IMG/VR virus record: IMGVR_UViG_3300026512_000002
Location: 163,697 to 227,696 of that record
Strand: one strand, 5' to 3'
Length of the DNA stretch: 64,000 nucleotides
The notes below the pieces were generated by a model that searched no databases, was not told the DNA's origin, and saw only the letters and a list, made by a program, of their open reading frames with translations. The position numbers were made by a program, and so were the translations under genes. Below are positions 1 through 9,395 of the stretch, in pieces (within the stretch, counting starts at the first letter, position 1; the number at the start of each line of letters is the position of its first letter).

Positions 1-971
1 AATAGATTAATGGAATCATCTAGATCGTTATCTATTGTAGTATTATAAAACTCTAATGTCCAACCTATAGGATCGACTATTTTAGTATTATATAAATGCG
101 TACCATTTTCCATAGATGTTCTAATTCTTTTAATATCTTCTTCAATGGACATTATTTTACCTGGAGTATTGGCTTCGTTCAACATTTCAGTTACACCTAT
201 TTTAAAATCATCAACATATTCACCTAAGTTATAATTTTCTATCAATGTATCAATATCTACAAGTTTTATAGATGCCATTGTATTATGAATATCTGAGGTT
301 AACTCAACTCCTTCTTTTAAAACATTTAAAGTGTTACATGTTTCATATATAGTATATATCAAACATGTTTCATTAAAAACATCTAAAACATTATCACCTG
401 TTGTAGCAGCAGTAACAGAATACGATATATTCTCAAATAAGGATGGGTTACTTCTACGTACAAGTATTTCAGTTTTCACAGCATCTGATATATCTTCTAA
501 TGATTCAGATATGTAATCTATAGACATATCCTTCATTTCATCTAATACAACTTTTACAACTTTTTCATATATTACATCTGGAATATCCATTGCTTCGTTT
601 TTAACAAATTCATCATATTTAATAGTAGTTTGATATATTCCTTCAGCATCCGTTATATCTTCATTCATCAATTTAGAATACTTGCTAGATAATGTTTTGT
701 AAACATCTTCGCATTCTATAATAAAGTTAGTGGATTTATCTGTTGTTTTAATATATCCTTCTGATATGAGTTTTTTAAATCTACTCATAGCTACTGCTTT
801 TATATCATTGTAATAATTATCCACATACCCATCATCTAACACTAACGATTCCATGAATACATTAGTAAGTGTTCTGGTTAGAAAACTATTACTAATATTA
901 TGTATCATCTCAAATCTATTAGACACATCATGTTGTCCATATAATCCTGTCTTATTAAAAATATTGTTCAT
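1..971 (-). CDS. Acidic putative head protein, runs off the left edge (not in ORF track)
   Basis: Hand translation from ATG 971 (SD GAGGTG) gives MNNIFNKTGLYGQHDVSNRF... with no stop to base 1. It has several hydrophobic-x-x-E motifs (VFME, LISE, MLNE) and an SLFENIS...ETCLIYTIYETCNTL segment resembling neighbouring genes. Confidence 0.75.
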   Translation of the reverse strand, partial: MNNIFNKTGLYGQHDVSNRFEMIHNISNSFLTRTLTNVFMESLVLDDGYVDNYYNDIKAVAMSRFKKLISEGYIKTTDKSTNFIIECEDVYKTLSSKYSKLMNEDITDAEGIYQTTIKYDEFVKNEAMDIPDVIYEKVVKVVLDEMKDMSIDYISESLEDISDAVKTEILVRRSNPSLFENISYSVTAATTGDNVLDVFNETCLIYTIYETCNTLNVLKEGVELTSDIHNTMASIKLVDIDTLIENYNLGEYVDDFKIGVTEMLNEANTPGKIMSIEEDIKRIRTSMENGTHLYNTKIVDPIGWTLEFYNTTIDNDLDDSINL

Positions 972-989
972 TTATTCACCTCATCAATA

Positions 990-1655
990 TTATATAGTAT
1001 GAGTACTGTTATCTTTATATACAAATGTTGGTTTATCATGGGGATTATCTTCAAGCAACTCATTTAAGCCCAATGACCAATACTCAACATCGTTTCCTAT
1101 AAATGCCTTAATAGTTTCATTTATAAGATATTTATCTAAACTATTATTATATAATTCCTTAATAACAAGATTCTCATTTATATTTATTTTATATTCATTG
1201 ATTATACTTTTTTCTAATATATGTGACTTTTCTTCTAATTGTTCTAATTTTGCTTGATATTTAAGTTTATCCAACTCACTCATATTATCAGTATTTTCTA
1301 ATACGATGTTATTAGAATAATATTCGGTTAAATCGTACACATGTTTATTGATACGATCTATATCATCTGTTAAGAAAATATCTATGTTTTCATTAATATT
1401 TATATCAATATCACGCATATTGTTACTTTCTACAACATACCCTTTAACAACATCCATACATTGATTAAAACTTTCATTAAAAACGTTTGAAATGTTCATG
1501 TTTTTATTTTTCAATTTCACATATATATGTGATGGTGTTTCAGTAATATCAGATTTTATTCTTCTAACAGCCTCATATATAACGTGTGACGCTATAGCTA
1601 ATTCTAGTTTCTCAAAACTATCATTTTTAGCACTAATTATATTGATATCGTACAT
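990..1655 (-). CDS. Acidic putative head protein
   Basis: Track ORF 990-1691. The start is moved to ATG 1655 behind AGGA, because the track start lies inside a terminator. Contains FNE-S, VVE-S and AIASHVIYEAV. Confidence 0.65.
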   Translation of the reverse strand: MYDINIISAKNDSFEKLELAIASHVIYEAVRRIKSDITETPSHIYVKLKNKNMNISNVFNESFNQCMDVVKGYVVESNNMRDIDININENIDIFLTDDIDRINKHVYDLTEYYSNNIVLENTDNMSELDKLKYQAKLEQLEEKSHILEKSIINEYKININENLVIKELYNNSLDKYLINETIKAFIGNDVEYWSLGLNELLEDNPHDKPTFVYKDNSTHTI

Positions 1656-1667
1656 AATAATCCTTAT

Positions 1668-1711
1668 AAAAAAAAAGAAGGTTATACCCATTATGTTAGA
1701 TATAACCTTCT
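1668..1711 (-). terminator. Intrinsic terminator after 1738-2814
   Basis: Stem AGAAGGTTATA / TATAACCTTCT followed by a T-run on the minus strand. Confidence 0.75.
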
Positions 1712-1737
1712 AGTAGTATAAACAGGTCTATTGATTA

Positions 1738-2814
1738 CTATTTACTTTTTTTAAGAACAGATACTAAACCTTTTTTCTTTTTAGTTTCTGGTTCTTTTTT
1801 AAGTTTTGGTAATGAACTTGTTACGAGCTCACCCATTTTACTTATAGCTTTATCAGCCATTTCATTTAATTTTTTATCTTTTTTAGCTATAATTTTCTTA
1901 GCACATTTAGCAGCTTTACCATGTTTTGTTCTAGCTTTAATGGGTTCTACTGTATCATCATCACCGTCACCGTCATCATCACCGTCTCCAACATCTGCTG
2001 CTAGTTTGGCAACTTCTTCATCTAAAATATATTCATCATCATTAATACCAATTGATTCAGCCAAGTTCATAATTTGTTCATTAACAGGTACTTTATTACT
2101 AGTGTTTTCTTCTTCAATAACATTATCATCAGTAACAACTAATGTTTCAAATACATATTCCATTTCCATTTTCATATCTTTGTCGTTATCCATCGTTGGG
2201 TTATAACCCATGTTTTCAACAATATATTCACCTGTACTTTCTTCACTATTGATAGCTTCTTTAAGCCCATAAATATATTCTACGAACAATTCAAGGTTTT
2301 TACTATTACTATAGTCTTCAGTTAATGCATCTGTAAATTCTTTTAATAACTTATTATTGCTATTAAATAAACTAGCATTTTCTGTAAAAATTGTAGGTAG
2401 TTTAAAAGTATCACCTTGTGTACTCATTACAATTTCACCACCACCCATAACATTAAACATTTCATATAACACCAACTTACTTTCAGTATAAACTTTAAGT
2501 TCTTCATTGTCGTTAACATTTTCAATTAAGATACTTTCAGCAATAGTTGTATCTTTATTAATGTTTTCTTGGATTTTTTCACTTAATGCATTCAAATCTT
2601 CTTGATTCAATTCATTATCATAATCTTGTTCAGCATAATATTTCATATGCTCAATACCTGTTTCATCAATAGCAACGTTTCTGAAATAATCTTCAAATGT
2701 TTCAAATGCTTCTGTAGTAATAGTTTTACCAATTTCACCATTAACATCCTCTGTTAATAAGTTAACGTATAATACTGTAGCATTATATGCTGCTTTAGTT
2801 ATTAATCTTTCCAT
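1738..2814 (-). CDS. Acidic putative head or scaffold-like protein with basic C-terminus
   Basis: 358-aa ORF, SD AGGAG. E/D-rich body, Lys-rich tail, ESKLVLYEMF motif. Confidence 0.7.
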   Translation of the reverse strand: MERLITKAAYNATVLYVNLLTEDVNGEIGKTITTEAFETFEDYFRNVAIDETGIEHMKYYAEQDYDNELNQEDLNALSEKIQENINKDTTIAESILIENVNDNEELKVYTESKLVLYEMFNVMGGGEIVMSTQGDTFKLPTIFTENASLFNSNNKLLKEFTDALTEDYSNSKNLELFVEYIYGLKEAINSEESTGEYIVENMGYNPTMDNDKDMKMEMEYVFETLVVTDDNVIEEENTSNKVPVNEQIMNLAESIGINDDEYILDEEVAKLAADVGDGDDDGDGDDDTVEPIKARTKHGKAAKCAKKIIAKKDKKLNEMADKAISKMGELVTSSLPKLKKEPETKKKKGLVSVLKKSK

Positions 2815-2833
2815 GTCAAATCTCCTATATAAT

Positions 2834-2845
2834 TATTTAATTGTT
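2834..2845 (-). promoter_or_regulatory. Putative late promoter AACA-N6-TA
   Basis: AACAATTAAATA upstream of 2814; matches the AR9 late consensus. Confidence 0.55.
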
Positions 2846-2856
2846 AATACTTGATA

Positions 2857-3975
2857 TTATTTCAATTCACGAAGTAAATTTTCTTTAACTGTTTTTATAT
2901 CGATATTATCATTACTAATGTCATCATCGTCAGTATCACCACCTATCAATGAATCTTTTATCACATCATCTACATCATCATTAGGGTCCTTTTTCTTTTC
3001 ATCCAATACGTTTAATAATTTTTCATACTTATTGTTCATATTATCATCAATTGATGCTGTTGCAAACGTTTCGGCAATAATACTAATATTATCATCATAT
3101 TCATACTCATATGACTCAACAACACCTTTGTTTAGTATACCTTCAGCAACTCTTCTTATATTACCATAAAACTTAATATATAAACTCATAAGCTTTTTCA
3201 CTTCACCTATTATAATTGTACTAGCTAATTTATAAGCTTGTGTAGCAGCAACCATACCGTTTTGGTTTCTAGGTTTAGTTATACTACCTTTTCCAATATA
3301 TTTGAATTCAAGATTTCTATTAGCTATTTTAGTCCCAGTTGTTTTATTTTTAGCAATTAGAAATGTTTCAGCATCATTCATAATATTATCCATTTTACTA
3401 TACATTGATCTGAGCAATATAATGTCACCGTTACCATTGGTAATAGCATCAGTAATATCTTTCATATATTTGTTAGCTTTTTTAGTGGTGTAATGTTTTT
3501 TCAAATATTCTGGATCAGTTAATTTGATAAACACATTATGTCTTTTACGAATAAGACTTATATGTTTATCCGGATTAGTTGCAATTACTTTCATTTTACC
3601 ATCAATCAATATTTTAATATTATCGGCAACACTATTCTTAGCATCTTTTATATACTTATAATCTAATGACACTATTTTTTTATCTGAATTTTTTAAACCC
3701 GTAATAATTGTATTAAGATTACTCTTTAACATATTAACAGTACTTTCCAACTCACTCAATGTATCACCTAAATTTTCTTTAAGACCACCTAATAATTTTT
3801 TAAAAAACTCGATAATACTATCAATGATACCTTCATTAATAACATCATAAAGTTGGTCTAATGCAACATAATCTTCTGATAAGATTAAATCGCGTTCAAT
3901 AGCATAGTGCTCTTCCAAAAAATCGGCTATTTCTATTTCAGATTCTAAATATAAAACCCTATCTTGATCTGTCAT
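2857..3975 (-). CDS. Putative internal head protein (phiKZ internal-head-like architecture)
   Basis: Acidic leader ending VINE, then amphipathic GIIDSIIEFFKKLL and a basic helical body. An acidic C-terminal tail follows VVE-S. Confidence 0.6.
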   Translation of the reverse strand: MTDQDRVLYLESEIEIADFLEEHYAIERDLILSEDYVALDQLYDVINEGIIDSIIEFFKKLLGGLKENLGDTLSELESTVNMLKSNLNTIITGLKNSDKKIVSLDYKYIKDAKNSVADNIKILIDGKMKVIATNPDKHISLIRKRHNVFIKLTDPEYLKKHYTTKKANKYMKDITDAITNGNGDIILLRSMYSKMDNIMNDAETFLIAKNKTTGTKIANRNLEFKYIGKGSITKPRNQNGMVAATQAYKLASTIIIGEVKKLMSLYIKFYGNIRRVAEGILNKGVVESYEYEYDDNISIIAETFATASIDDNMNNKYEKLLNVLDEKKKDPNDDVDDVIKDSLIGGDTDDDDISNDNIDIKTVKENLLRELK

Positions 3976-3984
3976 ATTATACTC

Positions 3985-5094
3985 CTATATTAAAATCAAA
4001 TTATCATCAATTTTCTTTTTAACATGTACACCAGTCATATCTGTAACATCTCCAACAGCATCAGAATGTGTATCTATGTTAGGTATATCACTACCCGTTT
4101 TAATTGCAGGTACTCGTTTATCTATTTTTCTTTCAACTATTTCAGCGGTCATAATTTTATTTTCTTCAGCAATATCGTCTTCGACTTGTTTGCTTATCGT
4201 TTTCTCTTTTACTTCTAAAAATTTAGCCCATTTCTTCAATCGCTCAGTCCATTTTTTTTCTTTAAATGCAACTGAACGGTTGTATCTAGCATCAATACCA
4301 GTACTTAATGATACATAGCTAGATTTTGTAAACATTGCAACATCTTCTAAATAATCAGATACGTTTTGTTTTATATGAAAAAAAAACCATGTAACTTTTC
4401 TCAACAAATATATTGCTGTTAAAATAGCCCCACCCATAATAAGAGCAGGTGCTGCTTCGACTATGATATTACTATCGTCTATGCTGCTACTCTGATCTAT
4501 TATAACGCTTTCATCTAATATAACTAAAGATTTAATTGTTTTTTCATTCATGGTATTTAAAATCGTTTTAGCCGCTTTTAAATAAGTTTCAATAATAATA
4601 CCTCTATTGATCACACTAAAACCATTCGCTCTACGACCCACAAACTTAAACCCTGAAATATTATCATTCATTCTAATTGTTGTGCTCAATATATATCTAC
4701 TAATAAATAATATAACTATAATAATAGTTAAATATAATGTTTTAATATTTTCATTATGGAAATTACTTTTAAACATATTTTTATAAGCCAACACGCGTTT
4801 ATATAACTGTTCACCTGTATGTATCAGATCTATAGTTAATTCATCAGCAACCTTGTCATTCCCAAATGCTAAATGACGCATTATTGTAAATAAATTTCCC
4901 TCTAATCCTTCTATTTTAGTAATATCACCTTTACTATTTTCAATTTCAGAACTAGAAACATATTCAGACGATACTCTTAAATTTTTCAATACACTAGTTA
5001 GTAACCTAAGATTAGTATCATCATTATGGCTATTTTCTACAATATAATCATATAGTTTATTATCATTTACTATCTCTTTAATATTATTAATCAT
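3985..5094 (-). CDS. Virion structural protein with two hydrophobic segments
   Basis: 369-aa ORF with hydrophobic stretches TLYLTIIIVILFISRYIL and APALIMGGAILTAIYLL, the latter directly after IIVE. I recall this gene pairing with the next gene in AR9-like phages. Confidence 0.55.
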   Translation of the reverse strand: MINNIKEIVNDNKLYDYIVENSHNDDTNLRLLTSVLKNLRVSSEYVSSSEIENSKGDITKIEGLEGNLFTIMRHLAFGNDKVADELTIDLIHTGEQLYKRVLAYKNMFKSNFHNENIKTLYLTIIIVILFISRYILSTTIRMNDNISGFKFVGRRANGFSVINRGIIIETYLKAAKTILNTMNEKTIKSLVILDESVIIDQSSSIDDSNIIVEAAPALIMGGAILTAIYLLRKVTWFFFHIKQNVSDYLEDVAMFTKSSYVSLSTGIDARYNRSVAFKEKKWTERLKKWAKFLEVKEKTISKQVEDDIAEENKIMTAEIVERKIDKRVPAIKTGSDIPNIDTHSDAVGDVTDMTGVHVKKKIDDNLILI

Positions 5095-5096
5095 AT

Positions 5097-6851
5097 CTAC
5101 CTTCTACTATTCGTATAATCTATTAAACTTTTAATTATTTTATTTTGACTTGAGTCATTTTCATTTTTGATATCACTAAACATGTACGTGTCAAATGTCT
5201 TATCATCAACATCATACATGTCAACAGTTTCATTAGCTTGATCAACAATTAAAAAATTGGTAATCAATAATTTGGAAAACAACATATTTGTGTATCTACT
5301 ATTTCTAATATCTATTCCATATTTTTCATTTAGTACAAAAACATCATCAGTTGATAGAATTAAACTAGAAACAGGTAAAGTTACAGGTCTTTTAAATGTC
5401 TTACGTATAATATTATCTGAATGACCATCAAATATCTTTTTCCATAATTTAGGTATGCGACTATTTCTATCTCTAGCAATTGTTTTAATACCATTATTTA
5501 TACCTAATAAGATGTCTTTAAATAAAGATATTTCTCCAGAACTCCATTTAATAAAATTAAGTAAAACAGATTTATTTTTAACAGCATTTGCAATTTGATC
5601 AAGCATCTCAGATTGTTTAATAAAATGTGATTTGGTCTTAATGGCTAACATTTTTCGCATATTTAAGCTTTTACCATCACTAGTAGTAACTACGACTTCA
5701 AACTCAACAAGTGTTGGTTGTAACGAATTGTATTTTTTAACAACTTGATCTAATAATCTACCACCATTTTGTACAACACCTAACACTTTTGGGGTATCAC
5801 CAATATTATCAGATGTGATATCAGATATTGCTTTTTCCCAATTTTTACCATCCATATCACCTATAATATCTTCTGGTCTAGCATATTTTTTTAACAAATC
5901 TTTTTTATTAGCATAATATTGGCCTCTAATAGTGGAAGCTAGTTCTTTACCAAGTTCTTCCTTAGTGGCTAATTGTATATCTAATTTACGATTAATGTCA
6001 ACAATATCTTTTCGTATAGCATTATACCTAGCACTGTCTTGTGGTATCGAATTTAATTCATTTTGCAATATCTCTCTGTTGTGTAACATACCTTTGATAT
6101 CTCGCGATACATTATTATAGTTCTTTTTCACATCATCTATTAACTTAACAGATACATTGTTTTTATTAGTTGAATTTTTATTGTTTTCATCATTGTTGTT
6201 GTTTTCATTTCTATTATTAGCATTTCTATTATTGTTGTTGTTGTTTTCATTTCTATTATTAGCATTTCTATTATTGTTGTTGTTGTTTTCATTTCTATTA
6301 TTGTTATTTCTATTATTAGCATTTCTATTATTATTATTTCTATTATTATTATTATTATTTCTATTATTAGCATTTCTATTATTGTTATTTCTATTATTAG
6401 CATTTCTATTATTGTTATTTCCATTTCTTCTAGTAGCTTCATTTAATATAGCTAAATTTATATCATGAGACACATTCATATATTCTAGGATATATGACCA
6501 ATTTTTAATATAATGAATCGTATTAACAGATCCTTTATTTAAGTCTAATAACATTGATTCATTTTGATAAGTTAACCCAATGTGTTTTTTAATAGAGTCT
6601 TTAACATCTATCGCTTGATGCGCTGACATTATTATCTGTATATATGATACATATTCACGTTCCAAACCCTTCATTAATAAAGATGCTACATCATAATCAA
6701 TACCATCTGTAAAAATAAGTGGAAAAACAAGAGTATCTTTATTTGCCATTTGTCTAAAAGTTGGAACTTTTGACATTGGATTACCTATAATGAGTTTCTT
6801 AACCTCATCGAATGATGCGTTAGCAAATTGTACTATATCTGAAATAGCCAT
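5097..6851 (-). CDS. Jumbo-phage virion structural protein with Asn-rich insert
   Basis: The N-terminal TLVFPLIFTDGIDYDVASLLMKGLEREYVSYIQII resembles a conserved AR9-like virion protein as I recall it. Late motif upstream; LNE-A site just before the Asn-rich tract. Confidence 0.6.
   Translation of the reverse strand: MAISDIVQFANASFDEVKKLIIGNPMSKVPTFRQMANKDTLVFPLIFTDGIDYDVASLLMKGLEREYVSYIQIIMSAHQAIDVKDSIKKHIGLTYQNESMLLDLNKGSVNTIHYIKNWSYILEYMNVSHDINLAILNEATRRNGNNNNRNANNRNNNNRNANNRNNNNNNRNNNNRNANNRNNNNRNENNNNNNRNANNRNENNNNNNRNANNRNENNNNDENNKNSTNKNNVSVKLIDDVKKNYNNVSRDIKGMLHNREILQNELNSIPQDSARYNAIRKDIVDINRKLDIQLATKEELGKELASTIRGQYYANKKDLLKKYARPEDIIGDMDGKNWEKAISDITSDNIGDTPKVLGVVQNGGRLLDQVVKKYNSLQPTLVEFEVVVTTSDGKSLNMRKMLAIKTKSHFIKQSEMLDQIANAVKNKSVLLNFIKWSSGEISLFKDILLGINNGIKTIARDRNSRIPKLWKKIFDGHSDNIIRKTFKRPVTLPVSSLILSTDDVFVLNEKYGIDIRNSRYTNMLFSKLLITNFLIVDQANETVDMYDVDDKTFDTYMFSDIKNENDSSQNKIIKSLIDYTNSRR
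6180..6420 (-). repeat. Asn-rich coding repeat (NNNNRNA / NNRNE units)
   Basis: Imperfect tandem AAT/AAC/AGAAATGCT units inside 5097-6851. Confidence 0.9.
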
Positions 6852-6873
6852 ATAACCTCTATTGTATAATATT

Positions 6874-6885
6874 TATACTATTGTT
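6874..6885 (-). promoter_or_regulatory. Putative late promoter AACA-N6-TA
   Basis: AACAATAGTATA upstream of 6851. Confidence 0.55.
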
Positions 6886-6936
6886 TATAAAAAAAAATAA
6901 CAGGGATGTGTGTGTAATATTTTTAATTATCTATAG

Positions 6937-7563
6937 TTAATCCATATCTCTAACCTTATTTTTACCATAGACATATGTTAACAAATCCCACATATTTGAA
7001 GATTGTTCCCCGTTATTTTTACTACTACTTTCATTATTTTTATCGACATAACTATTAGTATAATTACTATTACTATTGTTTCTGTTGGCATTTTTTTTGT
7101 TCTTATAATTATTATTATTATTATTATTTCTCTTACCACCATTAACATAGTTATTATTAACATAATAATGATTATTTTCAATCACATAACTATCATCTCT
7201 TATCCTATTAGAGTTATTAGTTTTCTTTTTCTTATAAGGTTTCTTACCATGATAACAATTATTTTTCTTTGATTTAAAACCCTTATTAGTTTCACTAAAA
7301 CTTATGAATAACCAAATACCCTTGGTTCTCATAAGAACAACTTTCTGCATCATATAGATCTTAGAAGTTTCAATAAGTGTTCTTAGCGATTTCTTATCGA
7401 ATATTTTACCTCTAACAGTACAGTATTTATTTTTTTTTAAGTCGATATTCTTGTATTCTTGCTTAAAAGTTTTTAGAAATACTTGACTACGATCTAATAT
7501 GATAAAATTATTCTCACCACCCATATTTATGGCTGATAAAACTTTTTTATACATATTAGTCAT
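6937..7563 (-). CDS. Hypothetical basic protein with Lys/Asn-rich disordered C-terminus
   Basis: 208-aa ORF, SD GAGGAG, ATATATTAT motif upstream. Confidence 0.65.
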   Translation of the reverse strand: MTNMYKKVLSAINMGGENNFIILDRSQVFLKTFKQEYKNIDLKKNKYCTVRGKIFDKKSLRTLIETSKIYMMQKVVLMRTKGIWLFISFSETNKGFKSKKNNCYHGKKPYKKKKTNNSNRIRDDSYVIENNHYYVNNNYVNGGKRNNNNNNNYKNKKNANRNNSNSNYTNSYVDKNNESSSKNNGEQSSNMWDLLTYVYGKNKVRDMD

Positions 7564-7593
7564 AATCTCTCCTCATATTACACACACACAAAT

Positions 7594-7605
7594 ATAATAT
7601 ATTAT
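7594..7605. promoter_or_regulatory. Putative early motif, palindromic ATAATATATTAT
   Basis: Lies in the divergent intergenic gap; similar to the phiKZ early motif TATATTAC. Confidence 0.35.
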
Positions 7606-7634
7606 CGAATATATTGTTAAATAATAGTATGTAT

Positions 7635-7646
7635 AACAATGTATTA
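7635..7646 (+). promoter_or_regulatory. Putative late promoter AACA-N6-TA
   Basis: AACAATGTATTA 21 nt before ATG 7668. Confidence 0.55.
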
Positions 7647-7667
7647 AAGATAAATATAGGATTCAAT

Positions 7668-9380
7668 ATGACCGAATTTAACAATACAAACACAATTTTT
7701 AAAAAACTACAAAAAGAATCTAGTACCAATTTACAAGAATTGTTAGATAAAATAAAAGCAGGTGTTCATAAAGACAATGTTAGTACAACAAATTCCAATC
7801 TTGATTGGTTTAATAAAAGTAATAGTAATACAACTAGAGATGAGTTTGATAAAATTGTATCAGAAACATTAAATGTAACATTGAAAAGACTGATGGAACC
7901 TTCAACTCAAACATATAAAGGTGATGTTGAACATATGATATCCAAACATAACACTGATGGAATATATTTCCAAACAGCTCCGTTCACTTTTCTATATTTT
8001 GTTCCACCAGATTTAGCAGGTATTGACTACGATTATTTTTCCATAAAAAAAGAAAGGGGTTTTAATGATGTTATATCCGAAGTCTCTAAACAACAAACAG
8101 TCATAAATGCTGATGCAAATCAACAACATTATGAATTAGCCATTCTTCCAGATGAACTTAAAGGTGTAAATATAGGTTTAAGACAGATGTTGAAACAAGA
8201 TGTTGATTACTATCCTATGGCTGATCGACCGACTGGATATAATAATAAAATTTTATTTAATCGTAATACAACTATACCTATACTTAATAATTTTGCAGTA
8301 CCATCTAGTATAAATACTATCGATGGGCAAATGAGTACATTTGATTCCTCTGAAAATGTTATTCTAGTTAAACAGGTTTTGCCTAAAACAATTATAGATA
8401 GCTATGCTACAAACCAAGTAACAGTTACCTTTAACGAAATAGGTTCTGCAAAATATGGTACAGCTATGATAACGAATCTACATAAAGCGTGGATAAAATA
8501 CATGGAGTATGTGGTAAACGGTCAATTAAATCCAACAGCTAAATATACATCAGGTATCAATTATAGAATAAACGAAGAAACTAGAGCATTAGAAGTCAAT
8601 GTTGATGATGACAATGGAACAGCCCAAATAGGTAAAAGTAAAGAATATAGAAGAGCTATAAATTATTTCGGAGCATTATATTATTTTAAATTAGAACCTG
8701 ATGGTAAAACATTAGTACATTGGGGTAAATGGACAGGTTTATTTCCTACTCAAATAACATCAAGTACATTTAATAGTGAAAACGGTCATCCTAAAATACA
8801 GGTACAATACCAAAGTCAATTTTTTGAGGAAAATAATATACAAACACTTATTGAGTTCAACATGTTAAATGTTGTATATAATATCAAATTTAATAAAAAT
8901 AGTGCTAATGATGCATATAAGAAGTTGACAGAGTTTTCAGAATTAGATCGAAATATTGCCCTCATAACATATAAAGATACCCAAAAATCTAACACTATTG
9001 ATCGCAGATATCAGTTATATGTTGGTAATGAAGTTGAAGAATTATTAACAAAAATTGAACAGAGTAATGATACTGAGAAGCGTGCAAATATTTCAGAATT
9101 GGATGATAATTCCGGACACTTTTCATTAGTAACCATGGATTCTTTAGATTATCATGATGTTGATACGAAAGACATGGAGCCAGCTACTTTTGATAAAATA
9201 TTGATGAGTAAAAACAATGGTGTCGAATATGTGAAATTCACCGAAGAAGAGATGAATGCTAAAGTTTTTAGTGGTATTGATAATATTATATCTAAAATTG
9301 AAAATATTAAAGTTAATTCAGCCGATGCGGAAAAAGGTAGAAGTTTAGACAATACCAATACCGATGGTGCAACTAATTGA
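7668..9380 (+). CDS. Tail-tube-fold baseplate/tail structural protein
   Basis: TNLHKAWIKYMEYV and INYFGALYYFKLEPDGKTLVHWGKWTGLFPT resemble the jumbo-phage tube-like protein found next to the baseplate wedge. Start moved to ATG 7668 (SD AGGA, promoter motif upstream). Confidence 0.55.
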   Translation: MTEFNNTNTIFKKLQKESSTNLQELLDKIKAGVHKDNVSTTNSNLDWFNKSNSNTTRDEFDKIVSETLNVTLKRLMEPSTQTYKGDVEHMISKHNTDGIYFQTAPFTFLYFVPPDLAGIDYDYFSIKKERGFNDVISEVSKQQTVINADANQQHYELAILPDELKGVNIGLRQMLKQDVDYYPMADRPTGYNNKILFNRNTTIPILNNFAVPSSINTIDGQMSTFDSSENVILVKQVLPKTIIDSYATNQVTVTFNEIGSAKYGTAMITNLHKAWIKYMEYVVNGQLNPTAKYTSGINYRINEETRALEVNVDDDNGTAQIGKSKEYRRAINYFGALYYFKLEPDGKTLVHWGKWTGLFPTQITSSTFNSENGHPKIQVQYQSQFFEENNIQTLIEFNMLNVVYNIKFNKNSANDAYKKLTEFSELDRNIALITYKDTQKSNTIDRRYQLYVGNEVEELLTKIEQSNDTEKRANISELDDNSGHFSLVTMDSLDYHDVDTKDMEPATFDKILMSKNNGVEYVKFTEEEMNAKVFSGIDNIISKIENIKVNSADAEKGRSLDNTNTDGATN

Positions 9381-9395
9381 TTGTGAGGATAACTT

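Noticed and set aside
6140-6468. Track ORFs 6140-6442(-) and 6157-6468(+), poly-Ile and poly-Leu 'membrane proteins'
   Set aside because: Alternative frames of the Asn repeat inside 5097-6851.
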